In this document: positions 40,215 to 48,618 of the stretch, piece by piece
Layout: each line of letters opens with the position of its first letter
Numbering within the stretch: position 1 is the first letter of the stretch
Source: Azolla caroliniana
Taxonomy: Eukaryota; Plantae; Polypodiophyta
DNA: 64,000 nucleotides
Direction of reading: 5' to 3'
NCBI GenBank assembly: GCA_043228905.1
Contig: JBHGNT010000004.1
Location: forward strand, 19,096,001 to 19,160,000
Notes under the pieces: model-generated
What the model was told of the DNA's origin: nothing
The model's database searches: none
Seen by the model: the letters and a program-made list of their open reading frames with translations, nothing else
Position numbers and translations under genes: made by a program

Positions 40215-42886
40215 TTAAGACATGTCTGATGGACTAGAAGAGCATTCTGACGTCTCATCCTCATCATCAGTGGCAATCAAAGCATTATCCTCATCCAATT
40301 CCAACCCAACATCTTTGTGGTTATGAGAATTGCTTTTGGTTATTCTCTGTATTTTGTTTGACACCATGTTTGGGATTTTCTCCTTTATTATCTTGATAGT
40401 TGCTTGTCTTAGATGACCTGATTTTGTCAATGAGAAGTCATATACTAGTATGTCAACACGGTCTAGTGCGAGAGTAGCCGTGCTCGGTATATTCTTTCTT
40501 CTTCTCTTTCTGCTTGAACATTCGACATCCTTAACCATCTCTAAAGAATACTTTCCTATAAATGCATCAGGTGAATTTGTCTGATACCAGTGGACTACTA
40601 TTGACTTTGTCTGACTACTTTCTTCATCCCTTACTAATTCAATAATTTTTGCAATCTAAAATGGATGGCCCAAGGTATCGTCCCCTGCTAATGTTGCAAC
40701 CAACATTCCCACTTGTAGTTCTTGCAAATTACCTTGCCATCTTGCCTCAACAGTACGTGACTTTCTTGGTCCCACATAAATATCTCTTTGCAGTGGCTGA
40801 ACTAAATCATGAAGCTCCATATTATTCGATTGTTGGTGATGAGTCTGCGATATCGTTGATGTCATCCCAATGTTCCATGTGAATGGGATATAGATTGGCC
40901 ATAAACCGGCGATGTAATTATCTAAAATGGTGCGTTGATGGGTGAAGAAAATCTCCCACCATTCAACATCCTCATCACCGGCATACTTCTTAGTCCGATC
41001 AATATTATTTTGTTTCTCTGCTAGACATCTCAACCAATATGCCCTTTGTTCATCAATAGTACTATTTGGTGCTACATTTTTACGATCATCATATGGCATT
41101 TGTTGTGCACCATGTAGAGGTTCATCTGGGATATGAAGAAGGAACCTACAACCTTCTTGGGGCTCCCATTGTGCACTAGATGAGTATTGTTTCGCAAACA
41201 ACACCGTCATCTTCAGGTGGGCCGATCTTTGTTTTATGAGGAAGACATGGTTGAAACTTATATTATTAAGACGTGCAAGCACCTACCTTTAGTCCCGTCA
41301 CTATCCATGCAGAAACGTTTAAAGTCGTATACTTCTTCCAAGTGTTGTACTTCAGGCTTTGGTGTATATGCTTCACTAATCAATTTGGATAGCGTGGGAA
41401 GTGTGAAAGCATTATAGCGAGCAAGTTTCTTTGAGAACCTACTGAACATTTGATCTATGTGATCATGGGTATGACCAACCAACAAGAAGTTAACCTTTAT
41501 CTTTTTAAATATGCCCCTCTCTACTAACATGCTTAGATAGCCAAAGACAGTTGAGTTCTTATTCTCTCTTGCTGTGTTGTCTAGTTGCACATATAGAACT
41601 GGCGGGAGTATACCTAACCATGATTGCAATACCCTGTGCATGACAGTGACAGTAAGATTAGGGTCGTTGTGGATATTGGGATAAGTTAAGAACACTTGCG
41701 GTCTTATAGTTTGACAATATGTCAAACAACCCACTAGATGCATTTGCACGAGACACTCATCTCCAATATCCTTGGGGAGTCTTTGAAAATGCGGCAAACA
41801 AGTTTTCTTTTGATCCATGCCGTCAATAATCATGCACATATACTTTTCGGGAGATTGAAACGCTTTTTGTCGGTGATGCATAACCTTAGTACGTTCCAAT
41901 GCCTGACTTTCACGATGTTCTTTTAACAGGTTCTTGTAATTCTTGATCTCTACATCTGATTTTCCACCCTTGGCCATACTTTTTAAACTCGCACATATTG
42001 AGCAGACTCCCATTCGCACCGTTCGTGGGATAACCACGTTATTAAATTGTAACCTCCATAGTCGATTAAAATGCTTGTACTGTATGTAAGGCTCAACATC
42101 GGAAGACATGTCGTCCTTGTACGATTGGTAAACTTCCCTTCGAGTAAAGTTATCTGACAAATGAAGTCTTCCTGTCGTTGGCATAACTTCGCACTGTTTT
42201 GAAAAATATACCTCCATCCACCTAATTGCATGTTGCCCAATTTGACCCTTACATCCAGAACCATTTTGATCGAACTGTACCCAGGAGCCCTTCAGAAGTC
42301 GCTCTTGAACTCGTTGTAGCCACATATTTCCAATGCTATGAGTGATTTTAAAAGCTGCTCGACAACACTTGGTATTTAGTCCAAGGAAATATTCAACTTG
42401 CGTTGAATTAGGCCCTGCTTTGTGATCCAATTTAAGTTGCATATGCGAAAGAAGAAATGTATCTTGCTCTTCCCCATTAAGCGACAAGTATTTTTGTCGT
42501 GTTTCACGTAACCTTGACTTTCCATAAGTTGATAGACAGAGATTCGCACAACACGATTTGTTCAAGTCGCATAGAAGTTGACGATCAGAACATAAGAAAT
42601 TAAATCTCTTTTCACTAACTTGTCGAGGAACTCTTTTAAATGCTAGAGGTTTAGTAATGCTATTGTTATCTATCGACGAAGAATCGTCCGCTTGTAAGCT
42701 TGCATGAAGAGGGCCATCAACAGGATCAATTGAAAACAGAGAATTCGAAGTACTAGGAGCCACACTTTTCTGTTTAAGCCGCAAATGTTTTTTGTGGTCG
42801 TACTCTTCTATTGAGAAATACGAGTTGTCTGACAATGAAAAGGGGGCAATAGAAAAAAGAGATGTTCTACTTGTAGAAGAAGACAT
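40215..42886 (-). pseudogene. Sola-like DD(D/E) transposase, about 890 aa when repaired, with C-terminal BAH-like motif
   Basis: Cys motifs (SCCANLC, CCRAAF, P..VRMGVCSIC...KEH) and acidic catalytic-type motifs IIDGMDQ, YVQLDNTARENKN, FLLVGHTHDHIDQMFS. One 1-nt frameshift near 41282 and one TAG at 40656-40658 join ORFs 41258-42886, 40656-41282 and 40215-40538. Confidence 0.8.
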
Positions 42887-43183
42887 TTGAGGGAGTCTAA
42901 CTGTATTCTAAAACCTTCTTTTGAGAAAATTAAGGAATGCTAAAGCCTAACTATATAACTACCCGAACACTTAGATTAACTATATTATTTTCCGAAATTT
43001 TCCTAAAAAACAAATAATTAAAAATTATTTTTTATTTTAAAAGGAATGCTAAAGTCTGATATATAAGGAGGTTAGAAATTTCATTTTCATTATCACGTGA
43101 AAGAATCCATCGAGCTCAGAGCACAGGCCAATTTTCGAGCACTCAGAAGCACATCGTCGACAGCACTACCTCCGGCACGAACC

Positions 43184-46100
43184 ATGAACAAGGGAAAGAA
43201 AATCGTCAGGTTAGTAATATTCTTTACATTTTTTAAGATTCCTAAAGATTCCTTAAAGATTCATTTCCTCAACACATAGAAATTTTATTTTATTTTGTAC
43301 AACGAACTTGGAAAGCAATTCTGAAAGGCAGGACCTTCAACCCAAATCCGATGCATTGCATCGGATTTTGGTTGAAGGTAGGACCTTTCAACCAAAATCC
43401 GATGTAGTGCATCGGATTTTGGTTGAAAAAAATGTTGTTTTTGCGATAAAAAACTATCACATGGGACCATAAAATTGACGTAATTTAAATGATAATTTGC
43501 GTGATTTAGATAAAATTGTAGGTTGTTTCTATGTTTTCACCAACGTTTTTAATTTCAGTGAACCCAGACAAAAAGTTCCTTCATTTAGATTGAAGATTCG
43601 ATCTCCGACAAAACGAGAATCTGGCTCCTTCATCAAGGACACGAGTAAAAAGATTTTATTTGACTCAACGGGGGAAGGAGGATCCAAGTCATCTGTGGCT
43701 ACTACCAAAATCAACAAAGGTAGTACGCAAGAGGAGAAAACGGTTGAGGTGAAATATAAGGATTACCCCGAACTTGAATGGTGTCTCTCTTATGTCGAGG
43801 AGGATGGGGTGTTGTTATTGATAACGGCAAAATCGGACGGGGAAGGGAAACTTTAGCTTGGAAAAACATTTAATTACGGGCATGTAACCAAGCTAGAGTA
43901 CGAAGACATTGACTCTACAAGTATTTTAATCGACGTCTCGAGCTCAGTTGGCAACAGGCGATTGCGACTTGATGAGGGAAACCTAGTACCCGAATCTTGC
44001 AATCCCAAGGCTTTGTGTAAAGACCTGCAAATGAAAAATAACTTGTTGGTAGCTCTTCGGCCGTACGTGATAGGAGAGATGATGACCGGTGAAGCAGAAA
44101 CTCTACCGAAAAAGTCTAGGAAGACAAATCCTGTTCAAAAGAAATATACTAAACGACCACGACCCGAAGAAGAAGAAGAAGAAATATTAGAGTTCGTGGA
44201 AGAAGAAGACGACCAACAAGTCGACGTCGTGGCTCCAGGCGGACAACTATCTTCTGGTGTCCTGACGTCAGAACAAAATAAAATAAGAGAAAATATTGTG
44301 AAGACTAAACTTGTGCGCAGGGGCCAGCTATTTCATTTGCCCATTACTTCTATCCAAAGGCCCCCCATTGACCCCGTGACTGGAAGACGTCCCTTGGAAA
44401 TTAGGGAGCCGCACTCCGTCCATGTGCAAAACCTGAAAAGCAAAATGAAAATCAATCCTCACGCTACTACGGTGCCATTTTTGGTAATGGTTGATCAAGA
44501 ACAATGCCCAACAGTAGCAGATTTCAAGTATAGCTCTGCAGACGATTACACATACTATGTAATCGGAGGATAACATTCGGCCGAAGCTCGACGACAGCTT
44601 GTCAAAGAATATCCTCTCACGCCGTTCTTCAAGTACGCCGAATGTAAGGTATATGCAGGACTAACTCACGAGGAGGCGAAGCTGCTCGCATGGGACCATA
44701 ACAATGACAACGATTATAGGCAAAAGATGTCATGTATAGAGAGGATAAGATTTTTTCATCATGAATACCTGGATGCCTTGAATCGTTTTGGTCCAAGATT
44801 GTGGCCTGGATTGCGACGCTAGTGTTTATTGGAAGTAGGGATTGCAGTGGATGAGAGTACCAAATCCGAAGGTCTCCGAAAATATGATTCTTGGTTTCAA
44901 CTAGCTTTTCGAACCGGAGAGGTGTGGGATCTCCAAGACAAAATATTCTCTATGTGGGAGCGGAAAGAAGTCAAGGGGCAAAGATAAAAAAAGGGAAGAA
45001 TTGATCCACAAGTTGAGATGAAATCAAAGACCAAGGGAAAAAGCGACTTGGTAATCGAGGAGTTAGCAGAGGACATGAAACTTTTACCTTGGAGATCATT
45101 ACAAGGTATCAAAGATGATAGATTGTTAATATCCGTGCTATCTCGAGTGGTCGCCAAGGAATTTAGTTTGGACGAGATGGTAACAGACTTGCAAAAGTAA
45201 GTGTTTATAGTATACCTTTTCATGAAAGTCTTCAATTATTTTGAATATCTTATTTCTAATTTCATATTGATTGTGCAGTCACAAGGTATACATGAAGATT
45301 CAGGAGTTGATGATGCAAAAACTGAGTTTACCAACATGGGAAGAAGTTGAACAAGCCTGCCCAATAACTTCTTCCTACAAGGCATTGGAGGAATATTTTA
45401 TTGTATTTAGAGAATGGGTATGTGTCTTTTGAATGTTGATATGTTAGAAACTAATGTTCCCTGCTAACAACAATGACACTTGCAGAAACCATCAAAATCG
45501 AAAAAGAATAACGACAATAATGACGGTATTCCAGCGGCCTTCATCACGCACTTAGAACGTGCGAAATATGAGAAGAGAATGACCAAAGGGAAGGAAATGG
45601 AACTGCCCGAGGATTCGGAGATTGTAAAGAGTTTTTTGCATAGGTCCGATCCTTTCAAACAGCTTCATTATAGTGTTTTCAATGGCGAAGTATCCCAGAT
45701 GCTCGAACTGTTACCGAGAAGGCACTACACTTTGTTGATAGCTGACATACCATATGGTTTCCGTATTGCGGGATCAACATATGATGATGTGCCTTTCAAG
45801 TACCCTCAGATCGAGAAAATGGTAAAGGATTTCGCAGAACTCACATTGGCCCCCTTGTGGAGGATAGTCATATTTCATAGCATGGGGTAATCACTGTCAG
45901 TCACAACAGCTTTGAAGTCCCGTTGTCATGCCACTAAACACATGCATTGGTGCGTTATAGTTCGCTTTTACTCATTACAGTACTTCTTATTATATGTACA
46001 CATTTACACCTCTAATACTTGATTTTCTTTCTCTATATGATCAAAACAAATATTACACGTAGCCCTGGCGATCCAATGGTTAGTGCGGTCGAACATTTTT

Positions 46101-46770
46101 GTGTGGGCTACTATGATTCAATTACAAAGAAGAAGGCTAGAGCACATGTCAATGAGCGTAACGTGGTTAACTACATCATGTGCCCAGCTGTAACCAAAAA
46201 ATTAAGACATGTGTCAGGGGATAAAAGTATGGTGAACCCTTATCAAAAACCTCAAAGATTGATCAACCGCCTCATAGAGCTCTTCTCGAATCCAGATGAT
46301 TGGGTCCTAGACTTGTTCTCTGGCACAGGTATAATATATATATATTTAATTTCAATCCTGTCGATCAAGTTTAAGACGTTACTTCTTATATATACTTGTT
46401 TGTGTTCATGCGACCATTAGGTACAACGACAGCTTGTGCATTGAAGATGTTTAGAAACTGTGTTGCATTGGAGAAGGACCCTGCTCAAGTTAACTTCATC
46501 AAAATGAGAATCACAGGAATCTGGGACTGTCCAGATCAGGATCAAGAAGTCGGAGCAAAACACATCAACGAGACAGAGATGTTCCAGATGACTTCACGAG
46601 AACCAATGGAACCAATTGATGAAGAAGCAGGGGAGCTGGTGGACCTGGAAGATGTAGCACAGTTTGACCATACATCAGATTTGGGAGAGCTTGGAGATGA
46701 CACAAATGAAAACAGTCTAGAACAATCAGCGCCAGAGGAGCCTGCTCTGCCTGATTTGCTTATAGATTGA
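43184..46770 (+). pseudogene. ParB/Srx-like domain + beta-class N6-adenine/N4-cytosine DNA methyltransferase; exons 43184-43209, 43559-45196, 45279-45417, 45486-45949, 46039-46328, 46421-46770
   Basis: ParB-like LFHLPITSI..R..HVQNLKSKM...PFLVMV...YYVIGG*HSAEARRQL...CKVYAGLTHEEAKLLAWDHN. MTase motif IV LLIADIPYG, then W/IKTN...VEHFCVG, NPYQKPQRLINRLIELFSNPDDWVLDLFSGT/GTTTACALKMFRNCVALEKD (motifs X-I-II). Five phase-compatible introns. Five in-frame stops (43854, 44571, 44820, 44985, 45888) and an apparently mutated acceptor before 46039. Confidence 0.85.
43333..43428. repeat. Two tandem near-perfect palindromes in intron 1 of the MTase gene
   Basis: ACCTTCAACCCAAATCCGATGCA-T-TGCATCGGATTTTGGTTGAAGGT (43333-43379) and TTTCAACCAAAATCCGATGTA-G-TGCATCGGATTTTGGTTGAAA (43386-43428). 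Confidence 0.9.
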
Positions 46771-47918
46771 TGTAGATGGCGTAATGTAAAAATTGAGGAT
46801 TTTGAGGCATAATGTTCACCATCACTTCATATTATATTTGTATATGAGAACATCTGTAATTGTTTATCGTTTAATTAAATTCACCTGTTCATAATTTCCC
46901 TTTTTAATCATTATTGGAACCGTAGTTTGTATTTACATATAATTGGTCACCATGCTCTTCTTCAGTTTGAGATATTAACATGATATTGTAATTTCTCATT
47001 TCCGTTAGCATGACTGTATATGAAAAGGCAAATGTTTTTGATAATAAGAGGTTTTTAGTTACCTACGGTTCAAGTCTACTGGTTCCACATAGTATAAATG
47101 AATGTCGTACATAATTGTTACTCTTACCAATTACATTGTCATGAACTATATGACATTATACAATGAAACTATCGATATACCCGTCCAACAAGTGGGGTAC
47201 TACTTTATTCCTAAACCCAAAACCACATATTTATAATTACGGTTTATGTAGTTTTACTCTACAATTTGAATATGGATACCAATTTTAGAACTTTATATTG
47301 AACCAAGTCTTCAATTGTGCTCCATGATATACAAATTGACACGAATGTGGACACATATACAATTTAGTAATTGCTAGGTTTTTTTTGTTCTATATTTAAC
47401 CATCAAGTTGCAAAAGGGGTACGCATGCATCGTATATTTTCGATATCAGGCTAAAATAGGGTACTTTTCTACATCTGGCCAACTATGCCAAAAGAGAATA
47501 CGACATATTACCTGTTTCAAATGACCCGGTGTTACTCTTGAACTAAACTGAACCGTTGTCAATTGCTAGGAAGGTGGGCAGGCAAGGGATGCACTTCATG
47601 GCCATGGTCATCGCTCACATTGTCTCTTTTCAGTTCCCGTTTCCGCTCTCAAAGATCTCCCTAATGAGTTTGTCCCCCTCGCTCCACATGATTTGCCTTG
47701 GGAACCATGAATCGCATCCTCGCTTGGCCTGCCTTGTAGAACAACAAATGAACGAGTAAAGCAATTCAAGAATAAATGCCTTTTGCTTATGCTAATCAAT
47801 TACATCAGTTTTTGGTGGATCGTGGATCATCTTCACTATTCCTTAGTTGTCCCTACTTCACATGCCCTACACCTTGGCTTAATGTATCATGCTTACCATT
47901 GGAAATCCTTTTATGGAT

Positions 47919-48071
47919 GAAAAACCTACATATCACACATCACGATGCCAACAATGAATTTTTGCATTCACTTTCAACCATAAGTCAATTTTTGAAAAAC
48001 CTACATATCACACAACACGATGCCACATTGAAAGATATTTGAATTCACTTTCAACCATAAGTCAATTTTTG
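47919..48071. repeat. About 75-bp tandem duplication
   Basis: GAAAAACCTACATATCACACA..ACGATGCCA...TTCACTTTCAACCATAAGTCAATTTTT occurs twice. Confidence 0.85.
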
Positions 48072-48618
48072 CCACTCTTCCTACTTGCTCAAAGGTGATT
48101 GGACATAGAACTTTGGTTTTACTACTCAACAATAGGTAATTCCAATGTTATGATAAGATAATCATGAGTTAATTAATTTACAAGAGCACGAGGCATGACG
48201 ATCACTTATTAAATTCATGTATTATTTTAACAAACACTTACAAGAATAAAAAACGCTCAAGAACTCAAAATTGACAACCTCAAAATAATGTAACAAAGTG
48301 AGTGGATATTAATGGCAACATTCAAGATCTTTCCGACCTTAAATTTTCACATCTCATTGTGTTCACTTTTCCCTAGTCCCCTTGTTATAGGTCCCTCTCT
48401 CTTACACGTATATATGCATATGTATAGGTAATAATTGCATGAGCACAAGTTGTGATAGGTTCTCCAAAGCCCTAAAGACTTTCTAAAGGGGATGCAAATA
48501 AGCCGTAAACATTTTGGCGTTGCATGCAAATAAACCCTAAAAGGCTTATATATATTTCTAAGAATATCTCTTTTGTCCCAATCAGGTGTTATGAATTATA
48601 ACAATAAATAATGTCCTC

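Larger units (their letters stand above)
39888..47533. mobile_element. Two-gene TIR DNA transposon (Sola-like) carrying a ParB-like/DNA amino-methyltransferase cargo gene
   Basis: Perfect 33-bp TIR AACACCGGGTCATTTGAAACAGGTAATATGTCG at 39888-39920, with its reverse complement at 47501-47533. 4-bp TSD ACTC at 39884-39887 and 47534-47537. Two divergent genes fill the interior. Confidence 0.92.
30988..47568. mobile_element. Old hAT-type MITE (about 0.37 kb of own sequence) expanded by three nested insertions
   Basis: Left end TAGCAATCGGCAAC versus reverse-complemented right end TAGCAATTGACAAC (12/14 match). Flanks AGCAGGTG and GGAAGGTG (6/8, putative 8-bp TSD). AACCG/CGGTT-type subterminal motifs at 31005-31048, 36081-36090, 39795-39875 and 47541-47555. 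Confidence 0.6.

Noticed and set aside
43854-45890. In-frame stops in the MTase gene rescued by U-to-C RNA editing
   Set aside because: Reverse editing in ferns is known for organellar transcripts, not nuclear ones. A damaged splice acceptor and the transposase frameshift point to ordinary decay.
43184-46770. Bacterial contamination as the source of the MTase
   Set aside because: The gene has phase-consistent spliceosomal introns, one inside motif I, and lies within TIRs and a TSD contiguous with plant TEs and genes.
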